Source of the DNA: Moniliella sp. 'wahieum'
Taxonomy: Eukaryota
NCBI GenBank assembly: GCA_003971905.1
Contig: RSEE01000162.1
Location: forward strand, 57,666-77,665
Direction of reading: 5' to 3'
DNA length: 20,000 nucleotides
The position numbers and the translations under genes are program-made. The notes below the pieces were generated by a model, which had not been told where the DNA came from, did no database searches, and saw only the letters and a program-made list of their open reading frames with translations. Numbering within the stretch: position 1 is the stretch's first letter; every line of letters starts with the position of its first letter. Of the stretch, positions 1-10,794 are shown one piece after another.

Positions 1-54
1 TCCTCTCACCCATTATACGCGCGGCGGAACGGGGTATTGCCGTTGGCCTCCTAC

Positions 55-1532
55 CTCGTGCGGACGAAGCGCATCGGCATGCTGCCGGACTGGCTGTAAC
101 TGGGGTTGCTGCTGCTGCCATTGTACTTGGTACTGATGACCCTGATATGCTGATGGTCTTGGTACTGATGACTCTGATATTGCTGGTGGTCTTGGTACTG
201 ATGACCCTGATACTGGTGGTCTTCGTACCGGTGGTCTGCTGGAACCGGTGGTCTTGGAACCGGTGGTCTTGGAACCGGTGGTCTTGAAACCGGTGGTCTT
301 GATACTGTGGTCTTGATACTGGTGATCTTGGTACTGGTGGTCTTGGTACCTGTGGTCTTGGTACCGGTAATCTTGGAGCTGGTGATCCTGGTATTGCTGT
401 GCTTGCTGCGGTTGCGGTTGCGGTTGCGGTTGCGGTTGCTGCTGGGGGGTTGGTGGTTGCCCTTGCGGTTGCTGGTTGAATTGCTGTGGCTGTGGCTGTT
501 GCTGCTGTTGCTGCTGCTGCTGTTGCTGTTGCCAGTGGGCCTGCTGTGATGAAGGCGGATGGAGCACGCGGGTGCGCGTTCTGCGCTCCAACTCCTCTCT
601 AGGAGGAAGTGTGGCAATGGGCAACCGTGCGTACTCTAGTATATCCTCCCCGCCATCGGCCAATACTGGTTGGGCGGGAGTGGTACTAGGCTCTGTGCTA
701 GGGTCCGTACTAAATTCCGTACTAGGTTCCGTGCTAGGCACCGCCTCGGGCTCACGAGGGGTTCGGTGCGGCACAAATGCGGGGCCTACCAACGGACGAA
801 GCGGAGGCGGATGAATGGGTGGGATATCGAGCTCCTCGTCATCGTCGTGGTTCAAGGTGAGCAACATGCTAATGTGAGCGTGCCAGATTCCACCAGCTCG
901 GCGACAGGGTGAGAAAGGAGTGTCGAAGTGGCTTGCATGAGGGAAACCAAAAGGAGGGTTAGGTTCCGGTCTCGTCCCTTCTAAGTGCCTGGGTGTGCTG
1001 GACCGGAAAACGGTATAGGAATCAGGACGTACCGTAGGTCTACCATCTCGTCCGTCGCAGCATGGTAAATTCGCAGGCGGACAATGGTAGTGGAGACAAG
1101 GGACGTCGGTCCTGATTTGAACCAATAGGAAGAGGAGAAAGGCAGGGTTAGTGGAGGTGACGGATGCTACCCGCGAGGGCGGTATTTGACTGTCTGTTGC
1201 AGTGCAACAGGGAAGAGGGAGAAAGGGATCCACTTACCTTGTCACCATGTGCTGCGATCCGTCCCCGCAGCGGGATTGCTCAAGAATAATCTCGTACGCG
1301 CTTTTCCAAAGAAAAACCCATGCACACCACACCTAACCGTTAGACACCGACCGAGCATACACCCACCCGAACCAAGAAACGCGCCACAGCACTACCCAGA
1401 ATACTCACAAGCCTAAATGCGTTCCTTGAGCGCGTCCCTCGGGCAGAACATCGCGACCGCCTCTTGCCAGAGCGACGGTGGCGTGCTGATCGCCGGAGTG
1501 ATTATCAGGAGGAGTTGGGCGCGGGCGTCCAT
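55..1532 (-). CDS. velB: Velvet-domain transcriptional regulator, VelB-like split domain (5' part; gene continues beyond the window start)
   Basis: After removing introns 1301-1408, 1112-1237 and 932-1032 and allowing a few 1-bp indels, the translation reads ...GFAYEIILEQSPLRGRIAAHGDKDRRPLSPLPIVRLRIYHAATDEMVDLRHFDTPF. This matches the velvet N-terminal motif Y-x-L-x-V-x-QQP-x-RARMCGFGDKDRRP-x-x-PPP-x-V-x-L. A long Q/P-rich insert follows, then MRFVRTR and a GTAGGA donor at 54, where the TRNLIG half of the domain is expected. ATG 1532 is in an AAAATG context. The symbol is tentative because velvet subfamily assignment needs a phylogeny. Confidence 0.8.
127..396 (-). repeat. Coding 15-bp tandem repeat, about 18 units, encoding (D/G/S)H(Q/R)(Y/F)Q
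   Basis: Plus-strand units resembling GGTGGTCTTGGTACT and GGTGGTCTTGGAACC; minus-strand translation DHQYQ/DHRYQ/DHRFQ/GHQYQ. Confidence 0.9.
405..532 (-). repeat. (GGTTGC)n and (CTG/TTG)n tracts encoding QP repeats and polyQ
   Basis: Directly visible; encodes QPQPQP and a run of Q in the velvet insert. Confidence 0.9.
932..1032 (-). other. Spliceosomal intron 3 of the velvet gene
   Basis: GTACGT donor at 1032, CCTAAC branch at 963-958, first downstream AG (AAG) ending at 932; the join is in frame with the downstream ORF. Confidence 0.7.
1112..1237 (-). other. Spliceosomal intron 2 of the velvet gene
   Basis: GTAAGT donor at 1237, ACTAAC branch at 1152-1147, pyrimidine tract, CAG acceptor ending at 1112; splicing joins GDK|DRRP to rebuild the velvet motif. 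Confidence 0.85.
1301..1408 (-). other. Spliceosomal intron 1 of the velvet gene
   Basis: GTGAGT donor at 1408, CTAAC branch at 1343-1339, AAG acceptor ending at 1301; splicing keeps the frame (GGC TT|C GCG TAC). Confidence 0.7.
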
Positions 1533-2760
1533 TTTATCCGGAGAGCAAGTGGAGGATCCGTGATGGTGGTGACAAGCGTGCGACCAGGAGCGGGGTCGCA
1601 GGAACAGACGAGGGGGACGAGTGCAGACCGAGGGGAAGAAGAGCGAGGGGACAGCCAACAAGCGAGCGCCAGCGTGCGTTTTTCTTCCGTCGTCGCTGGG
1701 TCGCGGGGGCAGGGTGGTGGTGGTGGCGGTGGTGGGGGCGGCCGGAGTGGGGAGGGGCGGTGGGGGACACAGCAGCGTCCAGCGCCCAGCGGCTGCGTGG
1801 ACGTGCTGTGGGGCGCAGCAACGTGCCAGCGACCCAGAAGACCGGTAAGACCGTCGTGGCCACTGGCGGGTGCAGCTCCGTCGCATAAAAACTTCTCTGC
1901 CCGCGCCGGCGATTAGAGGAGCGCGTCGGCGGCGGCGTGGGCTCCCAGCAGCTGGTGCGCATCCCTCGCGCGCCAATGGGATGGATCGAGCGCGCGTCGG
2001 GGGGCTGCCCGGTGCCTCTGGCGGTGATGGCGACGGTCGCTGGGTGCGAGCCGGTGTGGCTGGCTTTCTTGACAGCAGGCCCATAGTGCGCGGGGCAGGA
2101 GAGCGCACAGGAGGCTGTCTATGGCCGATTCATGTGACCCGAGTCGAATTGGCAACTGATTTTCAATTTGGGGTGCCGGTTCCTAAGCGGCTGAAGCTCT
2201 GGAGCTTCAAGTGAAGCTTCTCCTATGCCGCCTCCTGCCTCCTCCTGCCTTGCCTGGCGTGTTGCCCAGCTGGAAGCAGCCGCGCGCAGGTCACCAGGTC
2301 ACGGGGGGCGTCGCTCGTACCGACGACTGGCCAGTGGCCTTCTTGCGTTGGACATTCGTTTGAATTTTGCCGGCACCGATCCGAAATCGACGCCATGGCA
2401 TAGAGCGCCACAGCCAAAGCCGATGATCGATGAAGCTCGCCCCCACCCCCAACCGACACATGCAACGGTAAGTAGCAGACAAGCCAGTACGGCAAGGTAA
2501 CCATAGTAGCCAAGCCAAACCGCCGTCTGGCGCCGTCGCATTCCGACCCGCTCGCATGGGTCTCTGGCCTCGTGCCCGACCTACTCAGTACTCAGGGCCC
2601 ACCTGCACCGCTCCCCCGGTCCCTCCCCGAGCACTCTCGGCAAATGCACCACCGCACACGCCCAGGGCCAAGCCTGTGCCACATGCCCGTGCGTATTTGG
2701 CTGTGGCCATGCTGTTGCGCGTTGCGCACGCCTTACGTATCGCCCATGCTTGCCTGGGGT

Positions 2761-2918
2761 TGACGTTGACGCGTTGACGTTGAAAGAGACAGCCTATGTA
2801 GATCAGGCTTCAAGCTTCAAGCTTCAGCTTCAGCGCCTCTTCAGCGCCTCAGGCTGAGCGCTGAGGCTTAGCGCTAAGGCTTAGCCCTGAGGTTCTCAGA
2901 CTGAGATCTCAGATCTCA
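2761..2918. repeat. TNA/short-palindrome array, left cluster
   Basis: TCA GGCT TCA AGCT TCA AGCT TCA GCT TCA ... TGA GCGC TGA GGC TTA GCGC TAA GGC TTA GCCC TGA ... TGA GATC TCA GATC TCA. Confidence 0.85.
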
Positions 2919-3420
2919 CCGGCACCCCACGCCACTGCGTCACCGGCCACCTGCTCCCCGTTCCCCCAACAGTCTTATATATAGGCCTTACCTGCTTTTT
3001 GGCTCTCGTTACACGTTACTAGTTACTAGTACTCACCCTCTTATTCTCGCCAGCGCCATGCCCACGCATGGCCAAGCATGACGCCGTCTGTGGCCTGGCA
3101 CCTAATCCCCTACAGTGACCCATAGTGACCCGCCAGTGACCCTACGACAGGAGGATCGATGAACGTGATAAACGCGCAGGCGCTCAGAGGCTCAGATGAA
3201 CGATGAAGCTCATCGATTTAACCTACCGTATAATATTCAACGAATTCTTTATTCCTCTTCGGTTCCTCGCTCTTTCCGACGTCGCTCCTCTCCTCTTCTC
3301 TTCTCTCCCCTCCTCTCCCTCCAAGCTCCACCCCGCGCCGCTCAGGAACAATGAAGAAGTAAAACACCGTTGTCGGCTATATACCAGGTATACTATAGTA
3401 GCTACGACAGCTTCTAACTC

Positions 3421-3675
3421 CTGAGACCCTAAGGCCTAAGGCTTAGGGCCTGAGCCCTGAGCGCCTGAGCAGCCCCCAGGCTGAGCGGCCTGGGAGAGCG
3501 CTTCAAGAACACAGCGGAAATGCTCCAACAATTTGAAGCATGAAGCTTGAAGCTTGAAGGTCAGCGCTCGCGAGCGCTGAACGTGCTGAACGTTGAACGT
3601 ACGCTGAACGTACGCTGAAAACGTACCCTGATGCCTGAACGTACACTGATTCAACGTTGAATGTTACGTTGAACG
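3421..3675. repeat. TNA/short-palindrome array, right cluster, roughly inverted relative to 2761-2918
   Basis: TAA GGCC TAA GGC TTA ... TGA AGCT TGA AGCT TGA ... TGA ACGT TGA. Bases 3541-3559 are the exact reverse complement of 2808-2826, and 3561-3580 is a perfect 20-bp palindrome. Confidence 0.85.
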
Positions 3676-3744
3676 AACCGCACCAATTCACACGCACTAC
3701 ACGCCCGAGATGTCTGTGCTGTGGCCTTCTGCATACCTGCCCCC

Positions 3745-3826
3745 CTCTCCTCGATCTCTCTGCTCTCTCTGCCTCTCTCTGTCTCTCCTGCAGCTCTCTG
3801 CCTCTCTCTGCCTCTCTATGCCTCTG
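3745..3826 (+). repeat. CT-rich low-complexity microsatellite
   Basis: Repeated CTCTCTCTG / CCTCTCTCTG units. Confidence 0.8.
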
Positions 3827-5049
3827 TCGATGTGCTTTGCACCAGTGTTGCACCCCCCCTTAGGCCTTAGTGGCCTTAGTACCTTTCACTTAAAGTCTAT
3901 TAACGCGTAACGTCTATGGAATATCGCGACCCACACACCGCTGTGTATCTCCTCTGGCAGCACCCTGGCTCAATTGATTTCCCGGCAGAGGGGTGCAACA
4001 GCTCAGCTATCAGGCTCAGACGTGTGTGGGAAGTCACGTTATTTGTAGCTAATAGCTAGAAGTATAGTAGCAGACCAAAGTGCAGCGGTACTACAAAGTA
4101 AGACCATAGGTAGACTACGTTGTAACGCTTAACGCGCAACGTACAACGGAACGGAGGCGGGTAAAAGTATGAAAAGTAAGTACAAAGTAGTGAAACGGCA
4201 TTTTCTCAGACAGTATCCTCATCGGCCTCATCGGTCACTCGGTACAGTACTCACACTCGTACTCAGCAACTCAGTACTCGTATTCATACTCAGTCCTCAG
4301 TACCTCAGTACGCTCAGCCGGAGGACTCAGACTGATATTCATCGTGTACGAAGAGTTGCACCTCCACAACTGTTACCCTTGGTGGCCACCAGCAACCAAC
4401 GTGATAATCTCCACCCCCTTTCTCTACCATTCACCATCTACTTCGCCTCATCGCAGTGTCACCAGCTACGCGTATGACTCGTTGTTGGCAACTGACCCAA
4501 GAGCGTCGAAAGATGCGTTGTGCATCTGAGCATCGGTGTCGCTGAGGCTTAGTGAAAGGTGAGAAAATTGAACTCAAAAGGCTGAGGCTGTGACATGCGA
4601 ACGTTGAACCAAGGAGCAGACGGGGTGTGCGCTGCTGAAATGGACTGTCAAGTACGGTGAGAGGATGGAGATCATGAGATCTAAGAGGCCGTGACACAAC
4701 CTATGCTGCGGGACACCAGCTCCCGTAGCACCCTCAGTACGTTTCCGGACACCGTGCTCGGTACGAGCCCAATGGAGGAAAAAATACCCTAGAGAAAGAC
4801 CCACACCGATGGGTCTCTACCTAGAGAAAAAGAATCAACACTGACGGTCCCCCACTCCGTACCCTGTGCCGTTCCTCACGCAGCAACAGAGGACCAAGTA
4901 GGGGTTTGATGTTCTCGCTTGAGCATATTTGGGCTTGCACCAGTCCAAGTTTGGCGCATTGCATTGCCTGAGGCTGTGCGGGTTCCGATGCTCAAGTTTG
5001 TGCGCTCCATCCCGGACTCCCACATCCACAACGAGCTGACAGGGGAGGA

Positions 5050-5105
5050 GAGAAGGAGAAGGAGAAGGAGAAGGAGAAGGAGAAGAGAAGGAGAAGGAGA
5101 AGGAG
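5050..5105 (+). repeat. (GAGAAG)n hexanucleotide microsatellite
   Basis: About 9 near-perfect GAGAAG units. Confidence 0.9.
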
Positions 5106-6963
5106 CGTGGGCGGAAGGCGAGGTGCAGACCACCAAATGAAAGTGATGAGATCTGAGAGCATTCGGATGATCTGGAATGAGGTGGACCATACTTTGCGGG
5201 GTCCAAGTCCAAAGCAAGCGATGGATTGAACGTGGAAGGTGTTGTACACGATGGAGCCACAACTCGTTTGGAACGCCACGGGAGAAGACTGTTTCCTATA
5301 ACAACGAATGCGACAAAAATACCAAGTACTAGGGGGCGCACTCAAGAACTTTTCTTTTCCCTCTTTTGTCTTGATATGACGACGCGAGAGGATACGGGCA
5401 CCAAGACGGCGAGCAAGATGTTTTAGACACTGGAAAGAATTGGCTGATGTGTCTCCTTGGAGATGGTTCGCCGCTCACATGCCTACTATCCACGCGTGCT
5501 ATCCATTCATTTTGGAAGCGAATGGTGGGCGCCAAAGGTCCTGACCTGCTGGCGACTCGCCTTGTTTTCTAATTGATTTAGCACGAATACGCCATGATAC
5601 ACCGGATGAGCGAGCGGGATAGGCTCACCAGCCTTTCTTTGTCCCTGCCTACGCTCCATTTCCCAAGCAAACGTATGTACGCACAAGGATACGAAATGGG
5701 AAACGCTCCCCCCCAAGCCCGCCCATGCAGCGTGTGCTGTCATCTCGTGCCAAAACCCATTCGTGGATCCACAACCGACACGGCGTTGCCTACAGCAGGT
5801 CAACACCCCTCTGTGATCAGTTTTCTTCATTCCGATCCAAACATCGAATGTGGCGCGAGTCGGGTGTGTGGATACGAAGAACGGGGCGGAGAAGGGTGCG
5901 CAGAACGTAACCGTAAACGTTAAAAACCCTTCTCCGACTCCTCGGCAAGTTTCTTCTTCCAGTGCCCAACATCTTTTTGGCACTCTCGGCACCGTGGTAT
6001 CTGCGTGTCGTGGTGGCCAGAAGGAACAATGAGTGTTGCGTGGGCCCCCGCTACGGGAACGTGGCATACGGGGCTCCCCGTTTGCCTACTGGAGGCGTTC
6101 AAATGCATCAGCTCCTGATTCGCCCGCATCTCACATGCGTAATAGGGGAGGTATTCTGTGTGCCACCTTCGAAAGCAACTTTGGCCTCTTCCCTGGTCCC
6201 TAAGTCCCAAGGTGTAGTCTACCCCCAGTACCCTGATCCATGCAATAACTCTATCCTTTGCAAGCCCCATCCGCGGGCGTAGTGCGTGTGCCTGGTCTTC
6301 CTCCACCGCCGCGTGCAACTACTGTGTTCGTACCTATGGCATATGGAAAAGAGAGGAGAGCAGCCTCCGGCGTGCACAGCGCGTAGTCCTTGTCTCTCTT
6401 CCCTGGCGCCTTTCCTCTGTTACTCTAACATCGTACTTGGAATCGGGCCATTCCGGGCCACCCCGCCGACCATGCGCTTCTCCCGGCCAAAGTACCTTCT
6501 TGATACGCGTTCTCCCTACTTCCCAATCTAATACCTACCTTCTCTTCCAGGCTGTCTCCGACCTCATCATCATCTGTTTGCCCCCGTCCTCTCCCTTGTC
6601 ATACATGGTATCTTTTTCTTTCGTATGCCTCTCCTCTTGGTACGCCTTTCACTGAGCGTGCTCGGGTCGGGTCATCTTCATCCTCCCAGCATCGTCCCCC
6701 GTATCAAGACTCTCCTCTCCATTTTGGACTTCATCTATACCGTGGCCTTCTTTTGAAGAAGTGCATTGCATCAGCATTGGCCTTTGTTGCCGGCGCTTAT
6801 TCTCGCCCGATCCGTTCAGACCTCTAGGTACCTGGCCGGCTATGCTTCTCGGCCAGAAGCGGCTCTACATGGAACGGGGGACTGTGATCGAAAGGTGGAC
6901 CAAGGAGCAACCGATATTGATTATCGATTATCTCTCTCGACGCGGTTCAATAAATGCAAACAG

Positions 6964-7026
6964 CTTGATGGGCAAAGTAAAACACTTGATGGGCAAGATA
7001 AAACGCTTGATGAGTAAAGTAAACCC
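6964..7026 (+). repeat. 21-bp tandem repeat, 3 copies
   Basis: CTTGATGGGCAAAGTAAAACA / CTTGATGGGCAAGATAAAACG / CTTGATGAGTAAAGTAAACCC starting at 6964, 6985 and 7006. Confidence 0.85.
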
Positions 7027-8443
7027 CCGGTGTGCTCTAAATCCTATCATGAATCACTATGTAAACCCAGTATACAGCGAGGAGGATCCGATCGCACTTG
7101 CCATATCCCACGTCCAAAAATGCACCCCTCTCCGTTCCTCTGTATTATGCACGTGCCACATACCCATTTGGGAACCGAGCGTGGCGGGAGGGCCGCGGTT
7201 CAGCGGCTCAGCGCGCTCAGCCGCGGCGCTCAGCGCTGAACAAGGCGACCTGGAAGCGAACGTCTCATTGAGAGTATCGGATCGGAAGAGGGAGCCGCGA
7301 ACCAAGCATCCGCTGTTGGGAGTGTGCGCTATGCGATCCCCATCCCCCGCATACGTATGGGCTAAAAGACATGCTATACCAAACGTATCCTCGGTGCCGG
7401 TGAGCGGTGACTAGGACTATACACCCTATTGTCCCTTGTTTGGCTTATGTGCTTAGCGCTTAGCGCTTATCCCTGTTTTGACATGATTTGACACCTCCGA
7501 AGCCTTAATAGGATACGTGGGTTGGTGTATACACCCGTGGCTTGTTCGAACCCCTGTCTCTACGACCGGTAGGACCTGACGGGCCTGAGGCCAGAGGGCT
7601 TGTGTCATGTGTTGGAATAAGCGTGGGCCTATAAATATTCAATGCCCTAAAAACGTTCTAAAATTCACCCCCCCCCAGCCACATCCCCGCGACCTGGTAT
7701 CGCTTTCTTTCGTACTTTTTACTAGGCTCCTCTCCACAATCATTAATCAACGTGCCTTGGGGGGTGCTTCCGCTCTTCTCGATTATCGAAGTTACTGCTC
7801 GTAGTAGCGGCGGTGAAGCTTCAAGTTATTCAAGCTTCAAGCCTCAAGCCTCAATGTCCAATGTCAAGGGTGCGAGAGTTGTTGGTGAGGGCGAGCCAGT
7901 GGTGAGCCGATGAATGAAGAGCGAAGAGTGTCTTGTCTAGTGAAGCTCATCTCGAAGGCGTGTTGGAACTGCTAGTACGACTGATGCATTCACAGGATTT
8001 ACTCGAATTGTGAAGATGCAGAGTGAAAGGAATCCAATTGCTGCCAGTGCGTGTATCTCCTGCATGTGCATGAGCGCTGAGCGGCTCAGCTCTTACAGTT
8101 GCTCCACCCCCTCTCCAACCTGCTCTTTACTCCTACCTTGGATACATATCCTACCTGCCAACAGTCTACACCCGCACAACGAGCAAGCATTTAAAAGAAA
8201 GAAACCATGGATCCATAGAAAAGGCAGGACGAGAGGCAGACGCGCTCATCATGCCAAAGAGGATCATGAAAGACAAGTTCACATCAAAAGACGGGGGCAC
8301 AGAAAAGGTGCCTTTCCCTAGGGATCATCGATCAACTTGATCCAACGAAGAAAGTAACAGACAGAGAAATCGAGGAAGCCGCCAGACAGCTGGGGGGGCT
8401 TGTGGCTAGCTTCACGTTGGGGTAAGCACCACAACAAGGGCGC

Positions 8444-10094
8444 TTACCAAGTACGCGTCTCAAGCAGCAAGTCGCTCTCGGGTGCGAGGCCAATGCAAGC
8501 GCGGAGGAAGTTGGTCACGGCAGCACGCTGGCGTGCGAGGGAGTTGACCACGTCCGTGCCGGGCTTGACCAGCGGGGCTTTGAGCGAGTACGACAAGAGC
8601 GAGAGCACCGAGTACAAGTCTTGGAATTGGGCGGTATCGTCTGTGCCTTCGGCATAGGTGATGCGCGTGCTGAGTTCAGCCAAGATGGCAAGATCAATCA
8701 GCAGAGGCGAGGCCAGCAACGAGTCTTCGCAAATGTTGGTGATGTACAAATGGTTCCGTCCGCCCAACATCAACTCGGAAGTGTAGTCGTCCATGGCGAC
8801 CTTGTCATCGCCAACGGCAGGAATGTACTTGATGACGATCGAGTGGTCTGGCGACTCGCCCTTGACACCCGCCTTGCCCGATGGCTTGTACAGCAAATGG
8901 TTCGCCGCCGTACAGTCGTCCACAACGGACGACTTGCTGATTTCCTTGGACCGGAACTGCCGAGCGGAGGAAAGGTTGTAGCCATCGTTGTTGCCCAAGT
9001 GGTGTAGGAGACAACGGCACGCGGCTTGATGCCAGCGTTGGTGAGGTAGTCAAACAGGACACTCTTCACCTTGGTCTGGCCAGTCTTGAGGTCGTCACCG
9101 GCAATAAATGCGCGGTGGCGCTCGGCCACTGGATCGCACCGGGCACAAAGGTGTTTTGCGAGCGCCATTGATGACGGTACGCCTTCCAAGATCGAGGCCA
9201 CAGCAAAGATGGTCGACGGCGACACTTCGCTGTGCGACGTTTCAATCGAATGCAGTAGCGCATCGGCCGTGTCGTTAACACCAATAATGTCCGAGTAACG
9301 TTCGGTGTTGGCGGTCCAAACAACAATCACTTGGTCCAAGCCATTGTCCGCCTTGAACTTACGAATGTCGTTACGCACATGCTCGACGTGCGCCTTCTTG
9401 TCCGTGCCGGGGATCACATTGTCGCGCGCGCCTCCTGTTGGCAGCGATAAAGTCGGGGTAGTACACCGACGGCAACGGCTTCTGCCCCGCCATGTAGGGC
9501 GCAACTTGACGCTGCAAGTCCCACTCGAGCACCTTGGCACGGTGCATCGAGTCAGCCAGGTTGAGCGACGAGATGTCCCATCCGCCCACAACAAAGTCGT
9601 TGGGGTGCACCATGGGCAGCATGGAGGCAAACGGGACATTGACATCTTTGCCATTCTCGTCCGTGCCCAAACGGATGGTAGAGGCACGAACGAGGGAGCC
9701 GTAGTAGTTGGGGTGCTGCAGACCTTCCTTGGTGTGGAAGGAAATGTTGTGCTTGTTGGCCAAGATGGCGGCCGTGATCGTGGTGCCGTTGTTGCCTCCC
9801 CATCCGATGAGCATGAGACCCGTCTTGGGCACCTTGCGTTCGGTGCGGAACTGGTAGCTAGCCTTAGCAGGCGTGGCCTTGAGTGTGGTCTTGCCATCAG
9901 GGGCGACGGTCTTGGTGACATGGGTGGTGAGGTAGTCGTACTTGGACGTGATGTGCGCGTCGGGTGTACTTGACATTGGGCGAGTCGACCTCGATCGACT
10001 CGACCTCCTCGTGACGCACGGCGGTGGGGTCGATAACCGCCGGCTCGGCAGCCGACGGAACAACAGAGCAGGCAGTGGTAGCAATGGGGGCCAT
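8444..10094 (-). CDS. INO1: myo-inositol-1-phosphate synthase (apparent frameshifts, likely sequencing errors)
   Basis: Hallmark motifs across successive frames: [72 protein letters not shown] at 10094, TAA at 8444-8446. No coding intron needed. Confidence 0.97.
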
Positions 10095-10202
10095 GGTGCT
10101 ACGGTGAAAAAGGAAAAATCAAAAAGGGTAGGTGAGGGGGAGGGGCGACTTAATGTGATAAAGGGGAAGGGCAGGTGTGCTTGCTGCCCCGGTGGGAGTT
10201 AT

Positions 10203-10280
10203 CTGTGGCAGATGAGGCGAGAAGGATGGTGAGCCATGGAACAGACAGAAACACGAGAAGGAACGAGGAAGAAAACGTAC
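10203..10280 (-). other. Probable 5'UTR intron of INO1
   Basis: GTACGT donor at 10280, pyrimidine-rich body, GCTCAC branch-like site, CAG acceptor ending at 10203. An alternative or second acceptor TAG ends at 10099, just before CACCATG. Confidence 0.6.
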
Positions 10281-10492
10281 GGCAACTGCACAGTTGGTTG
10301 GAGAAAATGGTGGGCGACGACCAGAAGGGAGGGGAGCCACTTGGTAGCCAGTGGATCCGATCCAGAAATCGGCAGGGGTTGGGGGTTGGAGAAGGAGAAG
10401 AGGATGAAGAAGGCGTCGACGAGCGGGTGGGGCTTGACGAAGCGGAGGCGGTGGGGGTGGGGAGGCGGGAGGGCGCGGAGGTTGGGGGCTGC

Positions 10493-10499
10493 TTTTATA
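10493..10499 (-). promoter_or_regulatory. TATA box of INO1
   Basis: TATAAAA on the minus strand within very GC-rich sequence, followed by a pyrimidine-rich putative 5'UTR. Confidence 0.55.
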
Positions 10500-10794
10500 G
10501 GAATCAGCAGCTGCCTCCGAGGGCAACTGGGGTGGCTTTGGCCTTGGCTTTGGCGTGCGCGTGCCGCCGGCTTGCCAAGGAAAGAAGATGGATACGAATA
10601 CCACTCGGGCTGGGCACGAGCAGCACCACCAGCAGCAGCTGCCGTGCTGCGATCGGCGCTGCACACGGCGAGTGTGGGCGACGCGCGCGCGGGGACTGGC
10701 GCTGTGCCTGGTGCGCATTCCGCGGGGCACGCGCAGGCACGCGCGGGGTGGCGCGTGGTGGTGTGTGATCCCGACGGGTGAGCAGGCCGATTGA

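Larger units (their letters stand above)
2761..3675. mobile_element. Possible non-autonomous foldback/MITE-like element
   Basis: Two motif clusters in mirrored order and orientation around a ~500 bp non-coding core. No clear TSD and no transposase seen. Confidence 0.3.

Noticed and set aside
127..396. CRISPR-like array
   Set aside because: Contiguous 15-bp units with no unique spacers, coding, and in a eukaryotic gene.
13..1233. 406-aa ORF as the actual protein
   Set aside because: It starts inside an intron and reads through two introns; the spliced model gives a velvet motif instead.
1413..2777. Multiple overlapping ORFs upstream of the velvet gene
   Set aside because: Low-complexity R/P/A/G products expected from high GC; no recognisable domains.
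4787..4833. Short hairpin AGACCCA/TGGGTCT between CCTAGAGAAA direct repeats
   Set aside because: Too short to support a terminator, RNA gene or element end.
8444..10094. Programmed ribosomal frameshifting or an INO1 pseudogene
   Set aside because: The shifts are numerous, at homopolymers, lack slippery heptamers and occur in all neighbouring genes, so sequencing error is the simpler explanation.
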